The notes under the pieces: model-generated
What the model saw: only the letters and a program-made list of their open reading frames with translations
What the model was told of the DNA's origin: nothing
Database searches by the model: none
DNA from: Anaerolineaceae bacterium UBA5224
GTDB lineage: Bacteria > Chloroflexota > Anaerolineae > Anaerolineales > Anaerolineaceae
DNA: 46,946 bases
Assembly: GCA_002409365.1 (NCBI GenBank)
Contig: DHUW01000090.1
Location: 32,531-79,476 of the forward strand
Direction: 5' to 3'
Shown here: positions 8,434-18,900 of the stretch, piece by piece
How the letters are laid out: each line of letters opens with the position of its first letter
How positions within the stretch are numbered: the first letter of the stretch is position 1
Position numbers and translations under genes: made by a program

Positions 8434-9420
8434 ATGGATCAAGGCCTTTTGACGCTGGTTCTGCTGGCAGTCCTTTTATTAAGCGCGGGGGGGCTGTACC
8501 TGATTGGCAGATGGATTTACAGGAACAGTGCTTTAACGAAAGGAACGGAACGCGTTTCTCGTTTTGTTACAACAATCGATACGCACAAGCAGCAGAAAAC
8601 CGATCAAAAATCAGGCAAAGTAAACAACCTGGTATCCAGCCTGAGAAAATGGATAAACAAATCTCTGAGCAACATATCTTCAGAAGATCTACAGCAGAAA
8701 CTCTCCAGTGCTTATTGGCCGATCACCGATACTGAGTTTATTTTGTTGAGGATAGCAGTAGTTGTTTTTGGGTTTTTCTTTGGTTGGCTTGTTTCCAGGA
8801 ATTTGCTGGGGGGTTTATTCCTGGCTGTTCTCGCACTGATGGTTCCTCCAATGATGTTGGACCGTGCTATCACCAACCGTCAGCGAAATTTTGCCAATCA
8901 GCTCCTGGATGTTCTGGTTTTGATAAAAGGTGCAGTTCAGGCTGGCTATGGCTTGATGCAGTCATTTGACCTGGCTGTCAAAGAGATGCCTGCCCCTTCA
9001 TCCGAGGAGTTTTCCCGAGTTATTCGAGAAGTTCGCTATGGTATTTCATTGGAAGACGCACTCAATAATCTATCCAAACGAATGGAAAACGATGATCTGC
9101 AGATCGTGATCACTGCCATCATTATCAATACCCAAGTCGGCGGAAACCTTTCTACTGTACTCGAATCTACCATCAGCACAATTCGCGATCGTATGCAGCT
9201 CTTAGGAGAAATCCGCTCACTCACCTCCTATTCCCGCTATGTCGCTAACCTGCTTTCTCTGCTCCCCATAATTACCGGCGTTGCCATTTTCTTGATTTCC
9301 AGAGATTATTACGACCCCGTCAAGACATCTCTCATTGCACAGATCGGTTTAGGCATCGCTTTGTTAATGGTGGTTTTGGGCAATATTTGGCTTCGGCGTT
9401 TAGTAAAGATTAACGTATAG
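8434..9420 (+). CDS. tadB: TadB (type II secretion system F-family inner-membrane platform protein)
   Basis: 328-aa membrane protein with a T2SSF-like core (LPDVLVLIKGAVQAGYGLMQSF...GGNLSTVLE). It has an AGGAG RBS and sits within the tad locus. Confidence 0.8.
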   Translation: MDQGLLTLVLLAVLLLSAGGLYLIGRWIYRNSALTKGTERVSRFVTTIDTHKQQKTDQKSGKVNNLVSSLRKWINKSLSNISSEDLQQKLSSAYWPITDTEFILLRIAVVVFGFFFGWLVSRNLLGGLFLAVLALMVPPMMLDRAITNRQRNFANQLLDVLVLIKGAVQAGYGLMQSFDLAVKEMPAPSSEEFSRVIREVRYGISLEDALNNLSKRMENDDLQIVITAIIINTQVGGNLSTVLESTISTIRDRMQLLGEIRSLTSYSRYVANLLSLLPIITGVAIFLISRDYYDPVKTSLIAQIGLGIALLMVVLGNIWLRRLVKINV

Positions 9421-9431
9421 GTGGTTACGCG

Positions 9432-10403
9432 ATGAATGATTTATTTGCTAATTCAAGTTTCTATCTTGTACTGGGCAGCCTGTTTATTGCTGCTCTGTTC
9501 GTCGGGATTGTATTATTTGTCATATTTTCTTTAAATAAGCGCCGCAGCAATCTATCTGCCCGTCTTGATCAGATTGAGGCACCGATTCCACAGATGTCTA
9601 CTAATCCAGCTAAACCTCGGATCATCGGACGCGAAATAAATGGGTCTCTATTTAGCCGTACACTTGCCAGTTGGGTTAATCAGGTGATTCTCTTTTTCGG
9701 TAAGTTTACTCCTGCAAAAAGCCTTGCAGATTTGGAACATAAGCTGGGGATCGCTGGTCATCCTTACAATTTACATGCACGTCAATTTTCTGTTCTACGT
9801 TTCTTCCTCTTGCTTGTTGGCGTTTTTATAGCTTTCCTCGTGATTCGCAGTTCAGTTACATTTGATTCCACAACGCTATTGTTTGGTGTATTGATCATTT
9901 TTCTTTTTTATGCCCTGCCCATTACCTGGCTGAATGGTCGTGTCCGTACTCGTCAGGCGCAGATCCAGAGAGATCTGCCTGATGCTCTGGATATGCTTGC
10001 CGTATGTGCCAGCGCAGGTTTGGGTTTTGATCAATCGGTACAGAAGATCAGTGATTATTGGCAAACGGAACTTGGTAAAGAATTTACTACCATGAGAACC
10101 GAAATGGAACTCGGCGCCTCTCGTACCGAAGCTTTGAAAAATATGAGCAAACGCGTGGATGTGAGTGATCTTTCACAGTTCATCGCTATCATTACCCAAG
10201 CTGAGAAGGTTGGTATGAGTTATGCAGATGTACTTCAGAGTCAGTCCATACAGATGCGTATTCTGCGCCAGCATCGGGTTCGGGAATCGGTGAATAAACT
10301 ACCAGCAAAAATGATTGTTCCTTTGGCACTGTTGATTTTCCCTGCCATTCTTGCGGTAATTCTTGTGCCGTTAATTCCTCAGCTGATGAACATTTTTAAA
10401 TAA
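9432..10403 (+). CDS. tadC: TadC (T2SS F-family platform protein)
   Basis: 323 aa with T2SSF-like segments (LPDALDMLAVCASAGLGFDQS...KLPAKMIVPLALLIFPAILAVIL). It is paired with tadB. Confidence 0.8.
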   Translation: MNDLFANSSFYLVLGSLFIAALFVGIVLFVIFSLNKRRSNLSARLDQIEAPIPQMSTNPAKPRIIGREINGSLFSRTLASWVNQVILFFGKFTPAKSLADLEHKLGIAGHPYNLHARQFSVLRFFLLLVGVFIAFLVIRSSVTFDSTTLLFGVLIIFLFYALPITWLNGRVRTRQAQIQRDLPDALDMLAVCASAGLGFDQSVQKISDYWQTELGKEFTTMRTEMELGASRTEALKNMSKRVDVSDLSQFIAIITQAEKVGMSYADVLQSQSIQMRILRQHRVRESVNKLPAKMIVPLALLIFPAILAVILVPLIPQLMNIFK

Positions 10404-10426
10404 TCTCAACTTCAGAAAGCATTTTT

Positions 10427-12229
10427 ATGACGAAATCAATAAAATCGAGACTCAGTCCCAGTGAAAATTTCGAAATCGGTGATGATAAAGATTTAAGTCA
10501 TTCAACAGAAAATTTCGATCTTGCAAATGATCCTGATTACCTCAAGTTTTTAGACCATTATCAAAAAGGAGAGTTTACTGAATGCACAAGGCTTCTTGAA
10601 ACTCTCGATGTGAAATATCCTGGAAATCCCGAGCTTCAAAAGATCTGGGATGACTTTAACATGAGAAGGTCTGTAAATAACATGACCTCAGCCATCAGGA
10701 AAGGTGAGACTCTTGCCAAATCCAAGGTGACAGCAAAGCTTATCTTATTTGCAGTTGTTGGAATTATCACGATTGGTGCTGTCTTTTTTGCCGCGTCTTT
10801 ACTTTTTCTGAAGGGCACTTCTGTAGAGGAAGCTGAAAGTGAAATTTCTCAACTTTCCGTATTATACAAGCAAGCAGATCAACTTCTGGAAGGTGGACGA
10901 CCGGAACTTGCCTTGGAAATTATTGAAAAGATAAAAGCTATTGATCCTCAGGATCAGAAACTTCCGGATTTGATTGACCGCACCGATGCACTTCTGGAAT
11001 TCGAAGATGAATACCACAGGGCGTTGGATTTGATCAATCAGGGTAAGCAGAATGAAGCACTTGTTTTATTGAAACAGCTTGAATCAGAAAACTCTGGCAT
11101 GTGGGATATATCTCAACGCATTGCCTCCATCGAGAATGTCAATCGTATCGCTGAATACAAAGAAGAAGGTAATGCTGCCTACATGAATGAAGAGTGGGAC
11201 AAGGTCATCACTGCTTACGAAGGAGCCATGGCCCTGGACACATCTTTGAATGATCCACTCATGATTGAGCAGTTGTTGTATGCTTACCTGAACCAGATTA
11301 TCACCCTGCTCGAAAGTGATACCAACGCCATTGAAGACATCGAGGTTGCCGAACAATATTATCGTAAAGCAACTGCTCTAATCCCCCAGAACAAGAATTT
11401 TTTCAACCAGCGGGGGAACTTGGAGGAAGTCAGCAGCAATCTTCTCGAATTAAAATATACCCAGGTAGCTAAAGCAGGTCTGGCAGACAAGAATCAGACC
11501 ATTTCTACCATTTCAAGGGCAGTTTCTTATATGGGAAAGGCCCTAAACCTGAACCCAAATAACGCAGCATTGCAGGAAGAATTAACAAACGCTAGAATCT
11601 ACCAAATTGCTTTTCAAAACTTTCTCGATATGGACTGGGCTCAGGCAGTCACCAGGCTTGAGAAAGTTCTAGCTGCAGACAAGAACTATGCAGGTGGCAA
11701 TGCAAGCGCCTTGCTTTACGAATCCTATTACGCGCTTGGCAAACAATACTACAATGCCAGCATTTATACAGATGCTCGCACTTATCTGGAACAAGCAGAA
11801 ATTCTTGCCTGGGCTGACGGGGATAACATGTTGAAATTGTTCCAGGTGCAGGTCCTTTTGGGATCCTCAATTGGAAAACTGGATGATTTTAAGACTGCTA
11901 TTTCCTATTACCAATATGCACTCAGAGCTATTCAAGCCCAGATGAAATTAGGGACAAATCCAGGACTCTTGACAAAATATTCAAAAGCCAACAGTCTGGC
12001 ATCTTACGGAAAGTATCAGGAGGCTTTTGAAATTTTCCAGGAATTATTTGAAGAAATTGACGTGGTCTATACTACCTCAGAAGTTGAAATAGCCCCTGGA
12101 GTTTGCCTGGCTCTGTTTGCAAGCGATAATTTATCTACTTTGGATGCCGTATTGAAAGCCAATAACCTTCCAAAGAATATGTCCATTTCGTTTGGAAGAA
12201 CATTGAGCGTTCCTTCAATTCAGAGATAA
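10427..12229 (+). CDS. single-pass membrane TPR-repeat protein with C-terminal LysM-like segment
   Basis: One TM segment (AKLILFAVVGIITIGAVFFAASLLFL) follows a short cytoplasmic TPR-like segment. A long helical-repeat region comes next. The C-terminus IAPGVCLALFASDNLSTLDAVLKANNLPKNMSISFGRTLSVPS resembles a degenerate LysM. Confidence 0.6.
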   Translation: MTKSIKSRLSPSENFEIGDDKDLSHSTENFDLANDPDYLKFLDHYQKGEFTECTRLLETLDVKYPGNPELQKIWDDFNMRRSVNNMTSAIRKGETLAKSKVTAKLILFAVVGIITIGAVFFAASLLFLKGTSVEEAESEISQLSVLYKQADQLLEGGRPELALEIIEKIKAIDPQDQKLPDLIDRTDALLEFEDEYHRALDLINQGKQNEALVLLKQLESENSGMWDISQRIASIENVNRIAEYKEEGNAAYMNEEWDKVITAYEGAMALDTSLNDPLMIEQLLYAYLNQIITLLESDTNAIEDIEVAEQYYRKATALIPQNKNFFNQRGNLEEVSSNLLELKYTQVAKAGLADKNQTISTISRAVSYMGKALNLNPNNAALQEELTNARIYQIAFQNFLDMDWAQAVTRLEKVLAADKNYAGGNASALLYESYYALGKQYYNASIYTDARTYLEQAEILAWADGDNMLKLFQVQVLLGSSIGKLDDFKTAISYYQYALRAIQAQMKLGTNPGLLTKYSKANSLASYGKYQEAFEIFQELFEEIDVVYTTSEVEIAPGVCLALFASDNLSTLDAVLKANNLPKNMSISFGRTLSVPSIQR

Positions 12230-12274
12230 CCCTCTTTATATGCACAATACTAAGATAACAGGAGCAAAACATAG

Positions 12275-13606
12275 ATGTTTACAAACCGACCAGCGCTGAA
12301 AAGAGAAACCCCAACAACCTCGCAATTCGGTGATCTTAACTTTTCTGATTACGAGCAGGATTTCTATATCGTCCGTGATGGAGTTCAACAGCAATTAATT
12401 ACCAATAACAATTCTACCAGCACTACCTCCGACCCTCAGAAGTTAAGAGCAACCATTGAACAAATTTTCAACCAGGTCCTGGTGGAAAATAATTTACTCT
12501 ATAACCTCTCAATCAGGGAAGAAATGCTTGGTTGGATTTTGGCAGATATCACCGGGTACGGTCCCATTGAACCCCTTCTAAGTGATCCGGATATCACTGA
12601 AATCATGGTAAATGGATATGATAAAGTCTATGTAGAACGTTCTGGCTTAATTGAGCCAACCAATGTCAGATTTGAGAATGACGCTCATTTAATGCGCGTT
12701 ATTGATCGTATTGTCTCTCCTATTGGTCGCCGCGTAGATGAGACTTCTCCGATGGTAGACGCCCGCCTGCCAAGCGGTTACCGTGTCAATGCAACCATCC
12801 CTCCGCTTTCGCTCATTGGTCCAGTGCTAACAATCCGTAAGTTTGCTACGAAACCTTTCACTATTCAGGATTTAATCGCCAATGGCACGCTTACATTTTC
12901 CCTGGCGAGCTTCCTCAAGAGCTGTGTGGAAGCCAGGGTTAATATTGTGGTCTCGGGTGGTACCGGTACTGGTAAGTCAACCTTTCTCAACGTACTTTCA
13001 TCCTTCATCCCTGAAGGGGAACGCGTGATAACAATTGAAGATACGGCTGAGTTGCAATTGCATCAATCCCACGTGGTCCGCCTTGAAAAACGCCCACCTA
13101 ATATTGAAGGCAAAGGTGAGATCTCAATCCGCCAGTTGGTGATCAACTCCCTGCGTATGCGCCCAGATCGCATCCTTGTCGGTGAGTGTCGTGGTGGGGA
13201 GGCAATCGATATGCTTCAGGCGATGAACACTGGTCACGATGGCTCAATGACCACTGTCCACTCCAATAGCCCCCGTGATGCCTTACGCAGAATTGAGACC
13301 ATGGTAATGATGGCTGGAATGGACTTACCACTCAAAGCCATTCGTGAACAAGTGGCTTCTTCTATTGAGCTTATCATCCACCAGGAACGCTTAAAGGATG
13401 GCACTCGAAAAATTACCAAGGTTTCTGAAGTTCAGGGCATGGAAGGCGATACCATTGTAATGCAGGACCTCTTCACATTCGAATTCACTGGTATACAGAA
13501 CGGAGTTGTAAAAGGTAACCTCAAACCAACCGGGCTTCGACCTCAATTTTTGCATAAATTGACTGCCAACGGCATCGAAATTCCAGAAAGTGTTTTCGAT
13601 AAATAG
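12275..13606 (+). CDS. cpaF: CpaF/TadA secretion ATPase (T2SS E family)
   Basis: Walker [12 protein letters not shown], Asp box ITIEDTAEL, Walker [13 protein letters not shown], His box [13 protein letters not shown]. Confidence 0.9.
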   Translation: MFTNRPALKRETPTTSQFGDLNFSDYEQDFYIVRDGVQQQLITNNNSTSTTSDPQKLRATIEQIFNQVLVENNLLYNLSIREEMLGWILADITGYGPIEPLLSDPDITEIMVNGYDKVYVERSGLIEPTNVRFENDAHLMRVIDRIVSPIGRRVDETSPMVDARLPSGYRVNATIPPLSLIGPVLTIRKFATKPFTIQDLIANGTLTFSLASFLKSCVEARVNIVVSGGTGTGKSTFLNVLSSFIPEGERVITIEDTAELQLHQSHVVRLEKRPPNIEGKGEISIRQLVINSLRMRPDRILVGECRGGEAIDMLQAMNTGHDGSMTTVHSNSPRDALRRIETMVMMAGMDLPLKAIREQVASSIELIIHQERLKDGTRKITKVSEVQGMEGDTIVMQDLFTFEFTGIQNGVVKGNLKPTGLRPQFLHKLTANGIEIPESVFDK

Positions 13607-13673
13607 GAATCTATAGGTGTTTCACTCTTGTTGCGGGCACCTACCCTCCCCTGGTTTACATTGATTTATAACG

Positions 13674-13713
13674 ATATCGATTTCCCAATGAAGTTTTTTT
13701 GGGAAATCGATAT
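13674..13713. other. perfect 15-bp inverted repeat (hairpin) between cpaF and the DUF192 gene
   Basis: atatcgatttcccaa (13674..13688) and ttgggaaatcgatat (13699..13713) with a 10-nt loop. There is no U-tract on either strand. Confidence 0.6.
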
Positions 13714-13736
13714 TGAGTATTCAAAAAGGATAAACA

Positions 13737-14105
13737 TTGAAAACACAATTGCTGATAAATCCCGCTTCGCCAACTGAAAAGATTCAAATCATATATTGTG
13801 ATAATTTTCTGAGCAGACTGAAAGGGCTGATGTTTTCAAAACAGATCCCTTTGGACCAAGGCATCCTCCTGGCAGAAAGTAAAGAATCCAAGGTGGATAC
13901 TTCTATCCATATGATGTTCATGAATTTTAATATCACTGCGCTGTGGCTGAACAAAAATTTTGTAATCGTGGACAAAGTATTGGCAAAAAAATGGCACCCT
14001 GTTTATTTCCCTAAAGTTCAAGCACAATATGTCGTTGAACTCCATGCAGATCAGTTTCCCAATTTCTCCATTGGTGACCAGTTACTCCTGCAAGATTTCC
14101 AATAA
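13737..14105 (+). CDS. DUF192 family protein
   Basis: 122 aa with a TTG start. The pattern FLSRLKGLMF...GILL...MFMNFNITALWLNKNFVIVD...VVELHAD matches the DUF192 signature as I remember it (R.GLM, GMLF, M.M...D..F). Confidence 0.6.
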   Translation: MKTQLLINPASPTEKIQIIYCDNFLSRLKGLMFSKQIPLDQGILLAESKESKVDTSIHMMFMNFNITALWLNKNFVIVDKVLAKKWHPVYFPKVQAQYVVELHADQFPNFSIGDQLLLQDFQ

Positions 14106-14255
14106 ACCATAAGATTAAGACAGTGATTGACAATTAGAATGAGCGTATGGTTTTTTCGATATGCTTATTTTTGTTTATCCTTCTAAAATGCGATCTCGTT
14201 GGTTCCATGCACCATTTATGGCGTGCTGAACTCCTCCCCTACAGGTGAATTCCGT

Positions 14256-14783
14256 TCATTGACTGGGGCTGGAGGTGGCTTTGAAGGCTTCGTGGAAGCT
14301 GACTTCACCTTCCGGGTAAATGCCATCAAAAGCGATGGCGAAAAGGTACTTTAGAGAGATTCCTTCGTGGGTCAGCGTGGTAGGGTGGACGAAACCGACC
14401 TTGCCATAATAATCAGGGTGACCAACCAAGAAACAACCGCGCGCGCCTATTTCCTTGAGTCGCACCAAACCTTCGCCAATCAGTGCTTTGCCGATGCCCT
14501 GTCGTTGATTTTCCGGTAGGATCGAAACCGGACCCAAGCCATACCAGCCGGTGGTGCCATCGGAGATCGTGATGGGCGAGAAGGCGATATGCCCGACCAC
14601 GCGACCGTCCATTTCAGCCACTAATGATATTGTGAGCGCACCCACCGCCCGCAGCGCTTCAATGATGAAGTGTTCGTTGAGGTCTGGAAAATTCAGCGGT
14701 CGGAAGGCTGCTACGGTGAGTTCGCTGATCACGTTGGAATCTTTAGGGGTTTCAGGGCGAATAGTAAAGACAGGCATGGGCAT
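14256..14783 (-). CDS. GNAT family N-acetyltransferase (YhbS-like)
   Basis: 175 aa with the acetyl-CoA motif QRQGIGKALIGEGL and a typical GNAT length and beta-bulge region. Confidence 0.75.
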   Translation of the reverse strand: MPMPVFTIRPETPKDSNVISELTVAAFRPLNFPDLNEHFIIEALRAVGALTISLVAEMDGRVVGHIAFSPITISDGTTGWYGLGPVSILPENQRQGIGKALIGEGLVRLKEIGARGCFLVGHPDYYGKVGFVHPTTLTHEGISLKYLFAIAFDGIYPEGEVSFHEAFKATSSPSQ

Positions 14784-14902
14784 GGTGACCTCTTGTAGTG
14801 GGATAAGTATAATTATAGCATTGGCGGTTTACCTAGTCGACCTGTTTTTGACTGCCCGTCCTAAACGGAACCATTGGCAGACAGCACGATAAGCCACCTT
14901 CC

Positions 14903-15640
14903 CTATGATTTGATCTCACCTGTTGCCGTCCGAAGCATTTCTGCATACTCGTCGGGCATGTCACTTGACTCGATTGCCTTTGCTGTCTTCTCAACATCGT
15001 AATCTACGCGCATAAATTCCACTGACAGATCGCGACCTTCTGCCTGCAAAATTACATAACCGGCGCGCGGGTCGCCATCTTTCGGCTTGCCCACACTGCC
15101 CTCGTTGATCACATGGCGACCGCTGGGTAAGATGCGATGATAGGGTTTGTGGGTGTGCCCAACCACCAAAACATCCGCCTCAGCAAAGTCGAGTATTCGC
15201 TCCATGGTTGCATCGGGACGGTCGATGTAAAGGTATTCGTTGATTTTCCGCGGGCTGCCGTGAGCAAGCAGGACATTCAGATCACCCAATTGCAAAGGAA
15301 TTTGAGGAAGCAAGGTCCGCAGAAAAGCTTTATTTTCCTCAGTGGTGTGCAAATTAGTCCAGGCAATGGATCGCTTGCCCAAGGCTTTCTCTTCGTCGGT
15401 TTTGTATGCGCAGCCGCATTCGTCGCTGGAGTTCCCAATCCCCTGGTCATAGTTACCCATGACCGTAGGGATCTGCTTGTCACGGATCAACTCGATCACC
15501 TCGTTGGGAAAGGTGCCGTAGCCGACCAGGTCACCAAGGCAATAACGTTCTTTGATTCCGCGTTGGTCAAGATCCTTCAAGACAGCCTGAAGAGCTGGCA
15601 GGTTGGCATGGATGTCGCTGAAAATGGCAATTCGGTTCAT
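14903..15640 (-). CDS. metallophosphoesterase (calcineurin-like, YfcE/MJ0936-type)
   Basis: Motifs IFSDIHAN, LGDLVGYG, GNYD, LAHGSP and GHTH occur in the canonical order. Confidence 0.8.
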   Translation of the reverse strand: MNRIAIFSDIHANLPALQAVLKDLDQRGIKERYCLGDLVGYGTFPNEVIELIRDKQIPTVMGNYDQGIGNSSDECGCAYKTDEEKALGKRSIAWTNLHTTEENKAFLRTLLPQIPLQLGDLNVLLAHGSPRKINEYLYIDRPDATMERILDFAEADVLVVGHTHKPYHRILPSGRHVINEGSVGKPKDGDPRAGYVILQAEGRDLSVEFMRVDYDVEKTAKAIESSDMPDEYAEMLRTATGEIKS

Positions 15641-15735
15641 GAGTTAGTCTCCTTGATTTTTATTTTACAGGATGGGCTGAATGATTTTCCATTCATACCT
15701 GTACATGCCCGACCATTTCAGATATGCCTTCAACG

Positions 15736-15841
15736 CTCGTGACGTCAGGTTGAAGGGAGCAACCTGACCTACAAGCATTATTGACTCTCACCCGTTTGCC
15801 AGCACTCGTGATGTCAGGTTGAAAGAGCAACCTGACCTACA
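15736..15841. repeat. two ~38-nt direct repeats, each a 9-bp hairpin, with 69-nt period
   Basis: ctcgtgaCgtcaggttgaagggagcaacctgacctaca (15736..15773) and ctcgtgaTgtcaggttgaaagagcaacctgacctaca (15805..15841). Each has the stem gtcaggttg/caacctgac. They lie between divergent genes. Confidence 0.8.
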
Positions 15842-15980
15842 GATAGGACGCAAGCAGTAAAGAGAGGGTGGTAACTATTGACCATATGTGACGATGGTTT
15901 CGGCTTGCCGTTTTCCCTTCGTCAAGGTATCCTTAATGGTTGACAATTCGCATATTTTGAGATTTCACACGGAGCACTTT

Positions 15981-18900
15981 ATGGATTTTGCCATTCTCTC
16001 TGCAAGTAACAACACGCATCGGGATAGCTGGTTGGATAAGCCGGTTTTCACCTGGTGGCCAGGTCTGACCATTGAAAAACTGCTGATCGTGATCATCCTG
16101 GCGCTCACCATTTTCACCCGCTTTTACGACCTGGGCGCCCGCACCATGTCGCACGATGAGATCAATCACGTGGTGCCTGCCTACAATTTCAGCAATTACG
16201 TTTATGACCCGGTGACACATGGTCCTTTCCAGTTCCATGCCCTGGCATTTTCCTATTTTATGTTCGGAGACTCCGACTTCTCCGCCCGTATTCCTGCCGC
16301 GACGTTTGGCATCGCCATTGTGGTCTTCGCCATTTTTGCCTGGCGGCGTTACTTGGGCAGGGTCGGCAGCCTGATCGCCGGAACACTCTTTCTGATCTCC
16401 CCCTATATCCTCTTCTACAGCCGCTATACCCGCAACGAAGTGTTTATTGTCTTCTGGGGGATGGTGATGCTGTGGCTGATGCTGCGTTACCTGGAAGATG
16501 GCAAGCATAAGTGGCTTTACTGGCTGGTTTTTATCACCGCCATGCACTACTCTGATAAAGCTACCTCGTTCATTTTCTCTGCGGAAGCACTGGTCTTTTT
16601 GGCACTGCTCTTTATTGGAGAGGTTTTGCGTAAGCAATGGCACAACGGTCAGGCAAAATCGCTTTTCAGAGTGGCAGTTATGGTCACGCTTGTTTTATTG
16701 CTCGCTACTATGAGCTTCTATGTGCTCGGGAAGAACCAGGTCGTTGATGCTGCTGCTGAAGCCGGTCCAAACCTTCCCCTGCTCATCAGCGCAGGGTTGA
16801 CTGGGATTGCAGTTATTTTTGCATTGGTTACGCTTTTCAAAGGTTACGGATGGAAAAATCTGATCCATTTACGGAGTTTTGACCTGATCTGGCTGCAATT
16901 GATTTTGATCCTACCGCTGTTGACTGCCCTCCCGCTCAGATTGCTGGGGTTTGATCCGACGGATTACTCGCAAGCAGGTATCATCCGTTCCGGAATTGTG
17001 TTTGTGTTGCTGACACTGGTTTCCGTGTTTTTGGGGATGCTCTGGAACCGCAAGGTTTTCCTGCGCAGCATGGCGGTTTTTTGGGGTATTTTTATCCTCT
17101 TTTACACCACTTTCTTCATGCACGGAGAAGGTTTTTTCAAGGGAATAGTCGGAGCCCTGGGTTATTGGATGTCACAGCAAGCGGTGGAACGCGGCACGCA
17201 ACCGCTCTACTACTATGCTTTGGTCCAAATCCCGATGTACGAATATTTACCGGCGTTTGGGGTGCTGGTTGCATTCGTGATCGGGCTGCGTAAGCGTCTG
17301 TTCTTCGGCTCCACAGAAGACCCTTTCACCTCCTTGCCAGTTGACGAGGTTGCAGAAGAGACAACTGAGGAAATTGAACCGACTGTATTTCTGGAAGAGG
17401 TCCTGGAAGAAGAAATTCTGGTTGAGACCTTGGAATTGGAATTATTAGACGCTGAGGAAACAGAGGAAGTAGAGCCACTGCCCTGGTATCAGCGCCTCTT
17501 CCCGATGGTCGAAGAAAACAGCGAGCAAGCCAAAGAACTGCCGACGCTTCTATTGCTTTTATTCTGGTCAGTAATGAGCTTGCTGGCTTTCACCGTAGCC
17601 GGCGAGCGCATGCCCTGGCTGACTACCCATATCACCATGCCAATGATCCTCACCAGCGGTTGGGCATTTGGTTACTTAGTCGAGAAAACCGATTGGCAGG
17701 AAGTCAGACAGCGTAAAGGTTGGCTGACAATGCTGCTGGCAGGCGTTTTCCTGGTGGCAATCGGCAGCCTGGTTGGCTCACTTTTGGGCAACAATCCACC
17801 CTTCCAGGGCAAAGACCTGGCGCAGTTACAGGGAACCAGCACCTTTTTGTTGGCGCTGGTTGGCACACTCGGCACTGGTATCGCCTTGTTCTGGTTGCTG
17901 AGAGGATGGAACGGACGCACCTTTGGTCGTCTGGTATTATTGGTTTTAGTCGCTCTTTTAGGGGTGCAGACTGCCCGGACCGCCTGGAGGGCAGCTTTTA
18001 TCGAATATAACAATGCCCGTGAATTGCTTGTCTATGCGCACTCAACCGAAGACATGAAAAACACGGTTACGCAGATCGAGACCATTTCAAAACGTTTGTA
18101 TGGTGATAAATCGATCAAAATCGCCTACGATAACGATGTGCGTTACCCTTACTGGTGGTACATGCGTGACTACCCCAATAAATTGGATTTCGGCAGCGAG
18201 GTGACTAAATCGCTGCAGGACTACCCGATCATCGTGGTTGGCACCTCCAATTTTGCCCGAATCGAACCGGTGGTCAAGGAAGATTATTACCAATATGAAT
18301 ACAAACGCATGTGGTGGCCAAACGAGGATTTATACCGAAACTGGAGCCTGAGCCGGATTCTGGACGATTTAAAATCACCGGCGAAACGCTCAGCTTTATG
18401 GGAACTGTGGTTCAACCGCGACTACACTGAGTATGCGGTGGCATTTAATAACCCCTCACTGACTCTGGCAACCTGGTCGCCGGCAGACAATGCACGCATG
18501 TTTATTCGCAAAGATGTGGCTGCGAAAATCTGGGAATTCGGCATCAGCCCCAAACCGGAAGAGCCAAAGATCGACCCTTATGCCAGCGGACTGATCAACC
18601 TGGAACCCGAATTGGCAATCGCTGTTGGTGGCGAGCTTCCCTTCAGTGCTCCCAGGGATATCGCTACTGCTCCTGATGGCAGCCTGTTTGTGGCTGACTC
18701 TCGTAACCATCGCATCGTACATCTCGACGCCTCAGGAATGTTCCTGAATGCCTGGGGTGGTTATGGCAATGTCCTGGACGGCGAAGTGCCTGGTGGCCTG
18801 TTCAATGAACCCTGGGGGGTGGCAGTTGGACCCGATGGGCTGGTCTATGTTGCCGATACCTGGAATCACCGTATCCAGGTATTTTCGCCTGATGGTGAGT

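Noticed and set aside
15137-15742. 201-aa plus-strand ORF
   Set aside because: It is antisense to the metallophosphoesterase gene, which carries all canonical metal-binding motifs. No independent support.
15736-15841. possible mini-CRISPR array (37-38-nt palindromic repeats, 31-nt spacer)
   Set aside because: There are only two repeats, and they differ at about three positions. No cas genes or leader are present in the window. It is kept as an unexplained repeat instead.
15933-16643. 236-aa minus-strand ORF
   Set aside because: It lies entirely antisense to the N-terminal membrane domain of the well-supported GT-C-NHL gene. Its composition is skewed (Gln/His/Pro/Gly-rich), it has no RBS and it shows no recognisable motif. 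It is a shadow ORF.
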